The position numbers and the translations under genes were made by a program. A stretch of DNA of 31,643 bases from Spirochaetia bacterium (GTDB lineage: Bacteria > Spirochaetota > Spirochaetia > CADAEX01), in assembly GCA_963662265.2 (NCBI GenBank), contig CAXXHA010000026.1, positions 1-31,643 on the forward strand, read 5' to 3'. Position 1 is the stretch's first letter. Each line of letters begins with the position of its first letter. Of the stretch, positions 9,437 through 19,441 are shown one piece after another. Below the pieces are notes generated by a model, which was not told where the DNA came from, searched no databases, and was given only the letters and a program-made list of their open reading frames with translations.

Positions 9437-11221
9437 ATGTTTATTAAGAAGATATTTGTGTTAATAACTGTTGCAGTTCTTTTCTCATGTGCTGATCCTT
9501 CAATATTTGAGGATAACGGGGATGATATAGCTGTATACACAGTAAAAAGCGGGGGGCTCCAGCAGCTTGGAACTTCTATTCCTGTTTCTCTTGACTACGG
9601 CAAGGAAAGTCCCGAATTTGATACCCTCGAAATAACACTCTTTTCAGATTCCGGCCTGATAATTCTGAAAGAAACAATTCCTTCCGCAAGTGTTGAAAGC
9701 CGGGAAAAGACCTATGTAAATATACCATCTGATTCAGGGAAAGGATTATACCATATAAAAATCAGGCTTCTTAAATCAGGCATCCCGGTCAAGGATGAAT
9801 TGCGAAGCTTTTTCTATGATATTGACGGCTACCGGATTGAAAGTGTCAGGTCCTATCCTCCCGACCCGGTCCCCGGAGAGAAAATTATACTCAAGGCGGA
9901 TTATTCAGCACCGGAAGATTCAGACCCCTGGTTTAAATGGACAGTTGACAGTGAAACAGTTTCTGAAGGTTACGCATCTGTAAACGGAAACATAGCTGCT
10001 CTTGATCTTCTCCCTTCAAACGGAGTTGTTGCTGTGACTGTTGAGATGTTTCCGTTTAAACCTTCCGGATCCGGATTTGAGGATTTTATATCTTTTTTCA
10101 ATACAGAAACAGCTGTTTTTGTATCTGATAAAAACCGGGAAAGGGGAAATGAATTAGAGAATAATGATAATTACAGTATGCTTCTCCATTTCAGGGGAGA
10201 AATTCAGGACTCTGGATTTGTTTCTGCAGATTATCCTGACAGGGTAAATATCTCTGTCGAAGGCAGTCCTGACCTTGATTTTAAAAACAGCTTATACGGG
10301 TATTCTTTCAAGAGGGAAGATTCTGTGACTGTTACCTATGAGAGCAATCCTCTCTGGAAAAGATTTTCAGCCCCGATGACTTTGAGAATGAGATTCCTCC
10401 CCGACAGGAGCGAAATTATTTCCGGTGAAGATTCCCTTTCTGATATGCCGCTTTTTTCCGCGGGAAACAGCAGTGATTTTAGCATGCAGATAGGTTTAAA
10501 AGATATCTACGGGTTTTATATCAATATTGATTCTCTGAAAGGTGATTTCTACAGTGTGTGTGAATACAGCCCTTCCAGGGGCAGTGAGGTTATTGATCTT
10601 GCTGTAAGTTTTTATCAGGGGATGAATTCCACCGGTATTGTCTGGGCTGTAAACGGCAGGACTCTTAAATCAGAAGAAATACCATTTAACCTGGCAAATG
10701 TAGAAAGCAGCAGACTTTCCTTAAGAATCGGCGGTGCGGATATGCTTGTCGATGAGGCAGGTTTGTATGTCAGGGATGAAAAAATTCCCTCTTCAGACAG
10801 CAGTTATTATTCATCTTTAATGAGAAATTATTATAATGGAAATTACATAGCATCAGACGGGTTTGATTATTCAGAGAAAGATGTTGAAAACGGATCAGGC
10901 AGCTGCAGTTATGAAAACGGATCCCTTATAATTAATCCCGGCTCTTCAGCTCTTGTTTTCAAGGAACTTGATATTGCTGATCCTTCAGAAATAAGAACCG
11001 CAGGGGAGGCCTACCTTGTAATTAAGAACAGTTCCGGCAGTATCCTTTTTGAGACTGCTGTTTCTGAAAGCAGCCCGGTCAATTTTGATCCTGAGCTGTA
11101 TCCTGGTTCCGGCAGTTTTGATCTTTATCTTGCAAATAATACCCGTACTGAGACATACAGTGTTGATAATATACTTGTAACAGTAAAATATCCCGAGGAA
11201 TCACGTTTCATCGGCCAGTAG
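9437..11221 (+). CDS. Uncharacterised lipoprotein, beta-rich, possibly Ig-like plus LamG/ConA-like domains
   Basis: 594-aa ORF; signal MFIKKIFVLITVAVLFSC with lipobox Cys. LLHFRGEIQDSG...MTLRMRF...VDEAGLY resembles a LamG-like jelly roll (tentative). Confidence 0.75.
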   Translation: MFIKKIFVLITVAVLFSCADPSIFEDNGDDIAVYTVKSGGLQQLGTSIPVSLDYGKESPEFDTLEITLFSDSGLIILKETIPSASVESREKTYVNIPSDSGKGLYHIKIRLLKSGIPVKDELRSFFYDIDGYRIESVRSYPPDPVPGEKIILKADYSAPEDSDPWFKWTVDSETVSEGYASVNGNIAALDLLPSNGVVAVTVEMFPFKPSGSGFEDFISFFNTETAVFVSDKNRERGNELENNDNYSMLLHFRGEIQDSGFVSADYPDRVNISVEGSPDLDFKNSLYGYSFKREDSVTVTYESNPLWKRFSAPMTLRMRFLPDRSEIISGEDSLSDMPLFSAGNSSDFSMQIGLKDIYGFYINIDSLKGDFYSVCEYSPSRGSEVIDLAVSFYQGMNSTGIVWAVNGRTLKSEEIPFNLANVESSRLSLRIGGADMLVDEAGLYVRDEKIPSSDSSYYSSLMRNYYNGNYIASDGFDYSEKDVENGSGSCSYENGSLIINPGSSALVFKELDIADPSEIRTAGEAYLVIKNSSGSILFETAVSESSPVNFDPELYPGSGSFDLYLANNTRTETYSVDNILVTVKYPEESRFIGQ

Positions 11222-11324
11222 CAGTTAAATTTATAACAAACTATGTATAAACGCAGGTGTAATTAAGAAGATTTTAAATCTTTGTGTAATAATTTAAAAT
11301 TGTAGAGGGCATTGGTTAAAAGCT

Positions 11325-12539
11325 ATGATATTAAAAGACATCAGGCCTTGTTATCTGGTAATTCCTGTATTTCTGTTTCTTTCTGTATTCAATATTTCAT
11401 CTGAAGAAGTTAAAAGCTATCTCATAAAAATTCCTGAATTCACCGATATGAGCGGGGGAAGTTATTCACATCCCGACAGCAGAATGCTGATGAAATCGCT
11501 GCAGCAGGAAATATATGAAGTCTTTTCCCATTACAGTTCAGGTAATGCTGAAAAAAGTGAATCCGGCAGGAATACTGATGATGCCCTGTTTCATATAGTC
11601 AATCCTCTTGTATTTCTCAATTTTGTAACTGCTTCTGAAAAGGGGGGATTTTTCTGCGAAACAGAACTGAACCTCCCGGGAGAAGATGACAGCAGGATAA
11701 GCATGAAATATACCGGTTACGGGACAAGTACAGATGAAGCATTCCTGAGTTCCCTGTCAAAGCTTCCTTCCCTCCTCAGGCACCGGTATTCCGATTTCGA
11801 TGAAAAAGGAGGTTTTTTCAGGATACTTGATATTTACCAGAAAGAAGTGATAGTAAGCTGCGGTAAGAGTGACGGTTTCAGTAAAGGGGATTATCTTGAG
11901 ATTCTTGATAGTATTACAGGCAGGCCTGAAGGGCGGATAATACTTACAGATTCTGATTCTGAAATATCATATGGAAGGCTTCTTGAATGGGAACCTCGTG
12001 GAAAAAGGAATGGACAGGAGGGTAAATCAGAAGCAGAGCTCCCGGGTCTGGAAAGACCTGATCTCCCTGAAGCCGGAACAAGGGTCAGGAAAATTGAATA
12101 TCTTGGTCTTGATACCTCTGTTTCCTGGAATTACCTTGTAGATGACCTTTTTTCCGGATACGGATTTAATTTCAAGCTTGAATATTTCAGAAGCTTCTAT
12201 ATTTTTCATCCTTTTTTTTCAGTCGGAATATATAATCTTGAAACAGAGTTGAATAATTACGATCTTTCGGTTTTTTCAGCAGGTCTTGCAATGTTCAGGC
12301 ATTTCGGTAAAGTGAGCGTCTATTCTGAAATTTCCCTTGGAAAGGGCTGGTACAGGAAGTCACTCAGCAGTTCGTCTGATTTTAACGGCGGCTGTGTAAA
12401 AGCCGGAGCTGAATATTATCTTGCCCGGCATCTCGGACTGTTTACCGAAGCCGGATTTATGAAGCTTTTTGCAGAGTCTGCTGAAGATCCTGATGTCGGG
12501 GGATTCCTTTTTGGCGCAGGTTTGAGTTTTAAATATTGA
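11325..12539 (+). CDS. Secreted protein with FlgT-C-like middle domain and predicted C-terminal outer-membrane beta-barrel
   Basis: Hydrophobic signal peptide; VIVSCGKSDGFSKGDYLEI...GRIILT..SYGRLL; about 8 amphipathic Gly/aromatic strands ending GAGLSFKY (terminal aromatic). Confidence 0.7.
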   Translation: MILKDIRPCYLVIPVFLFLSVFNISSEEVKSYLIKIPEFTDMSGGSYSHPDSRMLMKSLQQEIYEVFSHYSSGNAEKSESGRNTDDALFHIVNPLVFLNFVTASEKGGFFCETELNLPGEDDSRISMKYTGYGTSTDEAFLSSLSKLPSLLRHRYSDFDEKGGFFRILDIYQKEVIVSCGKSDGFSKGDYLEILDSITGRPEGRIILTDSDSEISYGRLLEWEPRGKRNGQEGKSEAELPGLERPDLPEAGTRVRKIEYLGLDTSVSWNYLVDDLFSGYGFNFKLEYFRSFYIFHPFFSVGIYNLETELNNYDLSVFSAGLAMFRHFGKVSVYSEISLGKGWYRKSLSSSSDFNGGCVKAGAEYYLARHLGLFTEAGFMKLFAESAEDPDVGGFLFGAGLSFKY

Positions 12540-12564
12540 AACCTTCATTCCTTTTCTGTATCCT
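12536..12564 (+). promoter_or_regulatory. Candidate promoter for mnmE-mnmG-rsmG with a very short leader
   Basis: TTGAAA (12536-12541), 17 nt, TATCCT (12559-12564), 10 nt, ATG 12575; no SD. Confidence 0.45.
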
Positions 12565-12574
12565 GTATTGAACT

Positions 12575-13942
12575 ATGAAAAATCTTGATTATGATACAGA
12601 TGATCTGATAGCTGCTCTTGCCACTCCCTGGGGGGAAAGCGCGCTTGCGGTAATCAGAACAAGCGGCAAAGGCTGCATAGAAGCAGTAGCTGCAATATTC
12701 AGCAACAGTAAAAAACTCATTAAAGCGGACGGCAACACCCTGCTGCGGGGGAATATTATTGATCCTGAAACAGGGGAGCCGGTTGATGAAGTTGTCGCAG
12801 GTATATACAGAAATCCCAGAAGCTATACCGGCGAGGACCTTGTGGAGATTTATACACACGGAAGCCTTCCAGGCATCAGAGCTGTTCTTGCTGCCCTTAA
12901 AAAAGGGGGATTCAGGGATGCAGGTCCCGGGGAATTCACTCTCAGGGCTTTTCTTAACAAGAAGATGGACCTTACCAGGGCGGAAGCTGTTCATGAAATA
13001 ATAACTTCAAAGTCACGAAAGGCGCAGAACCTTGCAATGGCAAGACTTTCCGGCAGGGTCTTTGATAAAATTGACAGTATTAAACAGAATCTTGCAGATA
13101 TACTCGCTTCGGTAGAACTGCAGCTTGATTATGCCGAGGATGAGGATGATCCCGGCGCAGGTATTGATCCTGATTCCCTTGCAGAAAGCAGAAGCGAGCT
13201 TGAAAAGCTTGCCTCAACCTACAGGATAGGGCGGCTTTACCAGGATGGTATAAAAATAGTACTTGCCGGAAAGACCAATGCGGGAAAATCTGCACTTTTC
13301 AATCTCTTTCTCAAGGAAGACAGGTCTATTGTTTCAGATATTCACGGTACAACACGGGATTATATCGAGTCATATATCTCAATCAAAGGTGTTCCTGTAA
13401 GACTCTTTGATACGGCGGGAATAAGGGATGCGGAGCACCCGGTCGAAGCTGAAGGGATAAGACGGAGCGAGCAGATAATAGACAGTTCAGATATAGTAAT
13501 CTACCTTGTAGACAGCTGTGAGGGAGTATGCGAAGAGGATCAGAAACTTCTTTCACTTTACCGCAGCAAGAAAATGATAAAACTGTGGAACAAGATTGAT
13601 ATCTGCAGGAATGATCCTCCTTCCGGGTATATATCTGTAAGCTCATTCACAGGGGAAGGTTTTTCTGAAGTTGAAAGCCTTATTCTGGAAACAGCGTACG
13701 GAGGGGAGCTGGCTGCTCTGACAGATGATACTGTTATTGATTCCGAAAGGCAGAAGATGCATATCGATAACTCAGTTGCTGCCCTTCTTGAAGCAGAAAA
13801 ATCAGTGGCAGACAGGATCCCGCTTGATCTTATTGCACCTGATATAAAAGAGGCGATGGATAACCTGGGAGAGATAACCGGAGAGATAACAAGCTCCGAT
13901 ATACTCAACAACATGTTTTCAAGATTTTGTGTAGGCAAGTAA
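12575..13942 (+). CDS. mnmE: tRNA U34 modification GTPase MnmE (TrmE)
   Basis: PRSYTGED, GEFTLRAFLN, GKTNAGKS, GTTRD, DTAG, NKID, C-terminal FCVGK. Confidence 0.97.
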   Translation: MKNLDYDTDDLIAALATPWGESALAVIRTSGKGCIEAVAAIFSNSKKLIKADGNTLLRGNIIDPETGEPVDEVVAGIYRNPRSYTGEDLVEIYTHGSLPGIRAVLAALKKGGFRDAGPGEFTLRAFLNKKMDLTRAEAVHEIITSKSRKAQNLAMARLSGRVFDKIDSIKQNLADILASVELQLDYAEDEDDPGAGIDPDSLAESRSELEKLASTYRIGRLYQDGIKIVLAGKTNAGKSALFNLFLKEDRSIVSDIHGTTRDYIESYISIKGVPVRLFDTAGIRDAEHPVEAEGIRRSEQIIDSSDIVIYLVDSCEGVCEEDQKLLSLYRSKKMIKLWNKIDICRNDPPSGYISVSSFTGEGFSEVESLILETAYGGELAALTDDTVIDSERQKMHIDNSVAALLEAEKSVADRIPLDLIAPDIKEAMDNLGEITGEITSSDILNNMFSRFCVGK

Positions 13943-13950
13943 AGATATAA

Positions 13951-14052
13951 GGAACTTCTGAAGACTGTTTTTTTATTTTTGTACTGTTTTTGTAATCTGA
14001 GTAAAGACTCTTGTGCGATGATTTATAATAAACAACGGTTTTCAGAAGTTCC
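13951..14052. repeat. Long inverted repeat between mnmE and mnmG
   Basis: GGAACTTCTGAAGACTGTT (13951-13969) pairs with AACGGTTTTCAGAAGTTCC (14034-14052): 19 bp with two G-U pairs. Confidence 0.8.
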
Positions 14053-14117
14053 CATAAACTAAGGCTCATGATATAAAGTCCTGACAAATTCAGTCAGGTT
14101 GATAATTAGAGGATAAT

Positions 14118-15989
14118 ATGGATTTTGATGCAATTGTCATTGGGGGAGGGCATGCCGGAATTGAAGCTGCCCTTGCTGTTTCCCGTTTGAATTTCAAGAC
14201 ACTTTTTATAACCCAGAATGCGGATACAATAGGGAAGCTTTCCTGTAATCCCGCAGTCGGCGGGCTTTCAAAAGGGAATATTGTCCGGGAGGTTGATGCT
14301 CTCGGCGGCGAGATGGGAAACCTGATAGACAATACAATGATACAGTTCAGGATACTTAACAGGAGCCGGGGGCCGGCAGTTCAGGCGCCCAGGGCCCAGG
14401 CTGATAAGTTTGCATATAACCAGCTTGCAAAGTGGACTGTTGAAAGGCAGGATAATTTAAGCGTTTTCCAGGATACAGTCACTGATTTTCTTCTGAATTC
14501 CTCTGAAACCGAGATAAAGGGTGTTGTCACCGAGCGTGGCAGAAAGTTTACTGCAGGGACAGTAGTTCTTACAACAGGAACATTTCTCGAAGGGATGATA
14601 TTTATAGGCGATTACTCGTCAGTCTCAGGCCGTATCGGGGAACCTGCGGCAGTGGGCCTGGGAACAAGGCTCAGGGAAATAGGCTTCAGGGTTGGAAGGC
14701 TGAAGACAGGCACCCCCGCAAGGGTCAACAGGAGATCCCTTGATTTCTCTAAGATGGAACTCCAGGACGGTGACAGCGAAATACTTCCTTTCTCCTTTTT
14801 CAGGGAAAAAATAGACAGGCCGCAGGTGCCTTGCCATATAACATTTACAAATGAGAATACACACAAAATAATTACAGACAACATACACCGTTCCCCTCTC
14901 TACGGGGGCAAGATTGTCGGCACAGGACCCAGGTACTGCCCCTCGATAGAGGACAAGGTTATGAGGTTCCCTGACAGGGAACGGCACCAGATTTTCGTGG
15001 AGCCTGAGGGGCTTGAATCGGAGGAGATGTATCTGAACGGTATATCATCATCCCTTCCTGAAGATGTTCAGGAAGCTTTTCTTAAAACCCTTCCGGGTCT
15101 TGAGCATGTCGAGATCATAAGACCGGGCTATGCTGTTGAATATGACTATGTTGATCCGAGACAGCTTTATCCATCCCTGATGACGAAACGGATTAAAGGG
15201 CTGTTTATTGCAGGCCAGACCAACGGTACATCGGGATATGAAGAGGCAGCCTGCCAGGGGCTTATGGCAGGAATCAATGCTGCTCTCTTTCTGCAGGGAA
15301 AGGAACCTCTTGTCCTGAGGAGGACTGAGGCATATACAGGTGTGCTTATTGATGACCTTGTTACACTGGGAACCAAAGAACCCTACAGGATGTTTACTTC
15401 CAGGGCGGAACACCGTCTCTCGTTACGGCATGATACTGCAGACTCAAGGCTTCTTGAAAAAGGATATGATGCAGGTCTTGTCTCAAGGGAAAACTATGAA
15501 AAATTCTGTGAAAAGAGGGACAGGATTGAAGAGGTCAGGGAGCTTTTGAAAAACCGCAGGCTTAAGGAGAAGGATCTTCAGAAGATCGAAAATGATAAGA
15601 CTGAAGAGCTTATGAGAAAGCACAGGGGCAAGACTCTCGAACAGGTCCTTAAAGATCCTGATATTACTATAAACGATGTTTTCGCAGTTGAGAATGAGAT
15701 AGGATGCTCAAGCCTCCTTCTCAGGCAGATTGAACTCGATGTAAAGTATGAAGGCTATATTACCAGGCAGGAAAAATACATAAACAAAGTTGAGAAGATG
15801 GAGAATGTCAGGATACCTTCCGGTTTTGACTACAGCAGCATAGAGGGTATTTCAACAGAATCGAAGCAGAAATTCCTGGATATTCTGCCTCAGACACTTG
15901 GGCAGGCTTCCCGTATCTCGGGAGTGAGGAATTCCGATATTGCGGTCCTGATGATATATCTCGGGAAAAAGAAAAAGGGGCAGCAGTGA
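14118..15989 (+). CDS. mnmG: tRNA uridine-5-carboxymethylaminomethyl modification enzyme MnmG (GidA)
   Basis: [61 protein letters not shown]. Confidence 0.98.
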   Translation: MDFDAIVIGGGHAGIEAALAVSRLNFKTLFITQNADTIGKLSCNPAVGGLSKGNIVREVDALGGEMGNLIDNTMIQFRILNRSRGPAVQAPRAQADKFAYNQLAKWTVERQDNLSVFQDTVTDFLLNSSETEIKGVVTERGRKFTAGTVVLTTGTFLEGMIFIGDYSSVSGRIGEPAAVGLGTRLREIGFRVGRLKTGTPARVNRRSLDFSKMELQDGDSEILPFSFFREKIDRPQVPCHITFTNENTHKIITDNIHRSPLYGGKIVGTGPRYCPSIEDKVMRFPDRERHQIFVEPEGLESEEMYLNGISSSLPEDVQEAFLKTLPGLEHVEIIRPGYAVEYDYVDPRQLYPSLMTKRIKGLFIAGQTNGTSGYEEAACQGLMAGINAALFLQGKEPLVLRRTEAYTGVLIDDLVTLGTKEPYRMFTSRAEHRLSLRHDTADSRLLEKGYDAGLVSRENYEKFCEKRDRIEEVRELLKNRRLKEKDLQKIENDKTEELMRKHRGKTLEQVLKDPDITINDVFAVENEIGCSSLLLRQIELDVKYEGYITRQEKYINKVEKMENVRIPSGFDYSSIEGISTESKQKFLDILPQTLGQASRISGVRNSDIAVLMIYLGKKKKGQQ

Positions 15990-16606
15990 AAGAGCTTATA
16001 AGGAGGGGAGTTGAAGAACTTTCCATACAATACACTGAAAAACAGATAAACCTGCTTAACCTCTATGTCAATGAAATAGCACTGTGGAATAAAAAACTGG
16101 GTCTTGTAAATGCCGAAGGGGAGAAGCTTGTTATCCATCATATTCTGGATTCTCTTTCCGGTGTCGGGTTTCTGGCTGAAATGAATTTTGAGACTGCAGC
16201 AGATATCGGTTCAGGGGCCGGTCTTCCCGGTATACCTCTATCAATATTTTTTCCTGACAGGAAATTCACACTTGTTGAACGCTCGGGCAACAGGTGCGGT
16301 TTCTTAAGAAACTGCAAAGAGCTTTACAGGCTTGATAATGTTGAAGTTCTTGAAGCCGGGCTTGAGAATGTAGAAGCAAGGTATGACATAATCACTTTCA
16401 GGGCTTTCCGTGATTTCAACGATTTTCTGGATCCGCTTATGAAGAGGCTTAAAGCTGACGGGCATCTCTTTGCATACAAGGGGAAAATGTCTGAAATTGA
16501 AAAGGAAATGAAAAAATCCGGTCTTGGGAGTTATGAAGTAAAAAAAATCAATGTTCCGTATCTGGAAGAAGAACGACACATAGTTATAATCCCTCAGCAG
16601 CAGTAA
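15986..16606 (+). CDS. rsmG: 16S rRNA m7G527 methyltransferase RsmG (GidB)
   Basis: [26 protein letters not shown]; GTGA overlap with the mnmG stop. Confidence 0.95.
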   Translation: MKELIRRGVEELSIQYTEKQINLLNLYVNEIALWNKKLGLVNAEGEKLVIHHILDSLSGVGFLAEMNFETAADIGSGAGLPGIPLSIFFPDRKFTLVERSGNRCGFLRNCKELYRLDNVEVLEAGLENVEARYDIITFRAFRDFNDFLDPLMKRLKADGHLFAYKGKMSEIEKEMKKSGLGSYEVKKINVPYLEEERHIVIIPQQQ

Positions 16607-16808
16607 TTCAGCCGACTATAGCCATGCAGGTTATGATCAGCTGAAAAATCAGCAAGAGTATGAGGGAATCTCTAAAAACATAGTATTTTTCTTATAGATT
16701 CCCATGCAGGCAAACACCTGAGGCACTTGTCCGCATCTTGCCGGGGAAAAAACCCGCTTTGCGAGTTTTGGGAGAGCTTATAAACCATTGCTGCCTGAAA
16801 ATACTGTT

Positions 16809-18146
16809 TCAGGAAATTTTTGACAGCATGGAAAGCAGCTGCTTGTTGTCTACAAGATCTATAGTTCTTGCTTCGACAAATTTTTCAGCTGTATCAGTGA
16901 AGATTCCTGCTGTGATACACAGCGATTTCCCAGCCCTTATGTCCTTGCTCCTGAAGTATAAATCCCTCAGCATTATATCCCCTATCGAAGCGGAAGACCT
17001 TATAAATCTCAAAAGCGCGATATCTTCACTCTGGTCTGTTGTCAGTTCCGCTGTTATATCAACATAATCATTTTTTGCAGCTGTAATATCTGTTATCTTC
17101 ATATGTTCAGCCGGGAAAAACATAGGTGCAAGCTTTCTGCAGAGGTTTACAAATTCAGATGTGGGAGACATCAGGTAAATTTTAAGGTTTTTATTTGAAG
17201 CAAGCTCTGAATACTTTTTTCTCAATGCCTTAACATCCTTGTAATCGGGATGTATCTGCATTATTGTTCCGAACTGCTTCAATGCGTCTGTTATTTTATT
17301 ATCCTTGATATATGTCTGCGCCAGTTTGTAATGAAGGGCAAGACGGGTTGATGTTTCAATATCCTTATGCTTCAATCCGATTTCAAAATCTTCAATTGCC
17401 CGGGCGTAATTTCTTTTCGCGAGATTTATCTGGCCTGATTCATATGAAGCCGAAGGTCCGTATTGAGGATCTGGTCTCAGATGTGAATAAATTTTGTAGG
17501 CATTCTCAATTTTGCCAGCCTCGTTATATGCGTTACCAAGCAGGAATAGAACCTCTTTATCGCCCGGGTTTATTTCAATGCTTTTTCTAAGGTACCCGAT
17601 ACAGTCTGTAAATTTTCCAAGATAATAGAGTGATTTTCCGATGTAATGAATTGTCATTGCATGGTCAGGAATCTGCGTCCTGGCTGCTGAAAAAAGAAGG
17701 TATGCTTTTTCATAATTTTTCCTGTCAAACTCTATAACGCCCAGGTTGTAGTTTGTTTCAAAATGATCCTTGTTAAGCGATCTTACATATGCGAGGTATT
17801 TATAGGCTTCTTCAGTCTTCCCAGTTCTGAGAAGAGAAATTGCATACTTGAATGCTATATCAGCTTCATCAAGCTTTGGATTTGTGGAAGTCTGATCAAG
17901 CAGTACTTTGAAAAGATGTACCGCCTTGTCAAAAATATCTTCATTATAGTAAAGATTTGCCAGTTCAGATATCGCATCTGTATCTTTTGGATTCTGGGCA
18001 AGCCTTCTGTTGGCATGTTTTATAATCTGGTTCCTGTCTCTGTCGCCGGAGCCTGTAGATTTAAACTTTGTGAGTGCTAAAAACAAACCTGCAATAACAA
18101 CAATTATTACAGAAATGAATATCAATATAAAAATATAAGAGTTCAT
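16809..18146 (-). CDS. Membrane-anchored TPR protein with C-terminal degenerate Mrr-like restriction-endonuclease-fold domain
   Basis: N-terminal TM helix; several TPR units (NYNLGVIEFDRKNYEKAY, LFLLGNAYNEAGKIENAY); tail MSPTSEFVNLC...YVDI...IGDIMLRDLY...CITAGIFTDTAEKFV..IDLVD follows the Mrr_cat pattern. Confidence 0.8.
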   Translation of the reverse strand: MNSYIFILIFISVIIVVIAGLFLALTKFKSTGSGDRDRNQIIKHANRRLAQNPKDTDAISELANLYYNEDIFDKAVHLFKVLLDQTSTNPKLDEADIAFKYAISLLRTGKTEEAYKYLAYVRSLNKDHFETNYNLGVIEFDRKNYEKAYLLFSAARTQIPDHAMTIHYIGKSLYYLGKFTDCIGYLRKSIEINPGDKEVLFLLGNAYNEAGKIENAYKIYSHLRPDPQYGPSASYESGQINLAKRNYARAIEDFEIGLKHKDIETSTRLALHYKLAQTYIKDNKITDALKQFGTIMQIHPDYKDVKALRKKYSELASNKNLKIYLMSPTSEFVNLCRKLAPMFFPAEHMKITDITAAKNDYVDITAELTTDQSEDIALLRFIRSSASIGDIMLRDLYFRSKDIRAGKSLCITAGIFTDTAEKFVEARTIDLVDNKQLLSMLSKIS

Positions 18147-18154
18147 AGGTAATT

Positions 18155-18182
18155 ATTATATACTTGCGTTTATTGTTGTCAA
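18155..18182 (-). promoter_or_regulatory. Consensus sigma70 promoter for the TPR gene, near-leaderless
   Basis: Minus strand TTGACA (18182-18177), 16 nt, TATAAT (18160-18155), 8 nt, ATG 18146. Confidence 0.7.
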
Positions 18183-18195
18183 TTAAATAAAATTG

Positions 18196-18224
18196 TTGAC
18201 AAATTATTTCCAGAGCTATAGGCT
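18196..18224 (+). promoter_or_regulatory. Sigma70 promoter for the LysM gene, back-to-back with the TPR promoter
   Basis: TTGACA (18196-18201), 17 nt, TAGGCT (18219-18224); SD GGGAGG before GTG 18278. Confidence 0.6.
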
Positions 18225-18277
18225 TTGTATATCAGCAAAACTGCTGACTGCTCAATAAAAATTAGGGAGGCAGCCGG

Positions 18278-19441
18278 GTGGATTCCCCTGTAATTGGCAT
18301 TAAAATTGCTAATGGTACTTATTTCCCGATTCTCAAAGAAGAAGATAGAATTAAAAAAAGAGTAATATTGACACCTGTTGCCGAGGGGCAGACAGATGTT
18401 AAAATTGATATATTCCGGGGTGACGGGGAAGGTATGTTTAACCCTGTCTATGTTGCCAGTCTTATTCTTAACAATATTGAACCAGCTGCTGATAACAGTA
18501 TAGAAATAGAGCTTCTCATAGGTATCAGTGATGATAATATCCTTGATGCGGAAGCCTATGATCCGGTTTCGGGGGAAAAACAGCTCCTTTCGATAAGCAT
18601 GGAAGCTGTAGATGAAACCGATTTTTTCGAAATACCGGATGAAGAAGAAAGCACACCTTATTTCAATGCTGAAATGGCTGATGAAGATTTTGACAGCTTT
18701 TCACTTGATGAAGAAACAGGTGATTTCTCAGAACATGAAGACCTTTCTGATGAAAGTGATATATTTGATTCCGAAGAACTTTCGATTGAAGATGAATTTG
18801 ACGAAAATCCTGAATCAGATGAGCTTCCTCAGGAAGATGAGTTGTCTTTTAACGATGATCTGACATCTATCGATATAGAAGATGAAGAGAGCAGGTTTGA
18901 AGAACCTGCAGCAGCTGATATTCAGAATGAAGGTACTGATAATGCAGCGCCTTTTCTGTATGATTATGAAGACAGCAGAGCAGGCAGGAAGAATTCTGCC
19001 CTTAAAATTGCAATTGTCTTTCTCTCTATCGTATTCCTGATTTTTCTTGTACTTCTCATATATACAATAATCAAAAAGCCTGCCATGGCTGAAGAGGGGA
19101 TGAAAGAGGAGACAAAACAGGAAGTTGTTATCGGCGGTGACAGTGAAAAGGCTGAAAAACCGGTAAAAACACCTCCTCCCGCAGCCAGGAAACCTGCTGC
19201 GGCAGAAAAAAAGACTCCCCCTGCAGAGAAGAAAGCCACTCCTGTACCGGTTAAGAAAGCCGCTCCTGTTGCTGAAGCGGAAAAAAGTGTAAGGTACAGG
19301 ATAAAGAAGGGGGATACTCTCTGGGATATCTCTGCTGCGTATTACAGAACCCCCTGGAAGTATAAAAAAATAGCAAAAGACAATAATATAAAGAACCCGG
19401 ACCTTATTTTTACAGGCACCTATCTTAATATAAAGGAATAA
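18278..19441 (+). CDS. Bitopic membrane protein: Hsp70/DnaK substrate-binding-like domain, acidic linker, TM, Pro/Ala/Lys linker, LysM
   Basis: First ~107 aa align by eye with the DnaK SBD-beta; TM IAIVFLSIVFLIFLVLLIYTII; C-terminal YRIKKGDTLWDIS...IAKDNNIKNPDLIFTG is a LysM. Confidence 0.85.
   Translation: MDSPVIGIKIANGTYFPILKEEDRIKKRVILTPVAEGQTDVKIDIFRGDGEGMFNPVYVASLILNNIEPAADNSIEIELLIGISDDNILDAEAYDPVSGEKQLLSISMEAVDETDFFEIPDEEESTPYFNAEMADEDFDSFSLDEETGDFSEHEDLSDESDIFDSEELSIEDEFDENPESDELPQEDELSFNDDLTSIDIEDEESRFEEPAAADIQNEGTDNAAPFLYDYEDSRAGRKNSALKIAIVFLSIVFLIFLVLLIYTIIKKPAMAEEGMKEETKQEVVIGGDSEKAEKPVKTPPPAARKPAAAEKKTPPAEKKATPVPVKKAAPVAEAEKSVRYRIKKGDTLWDISAAYYRTPWKYKKIAKDNNIKNPDLIFTGTYLNIKE

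Noticed and set aside
12575-16808. oriC or parS near mnmE-mnmG-rsmG
   Set aside because: No parAB, dnaA or rnpA; I saw no DnaA-box cluster or parS palindrome in the intergenic gaps.
16738-17067. 109-aa plus-strand ORF after rsmG
   Set aside because: Mostly antisense to the C-terminal domain of the TPR gene; no supporting features.
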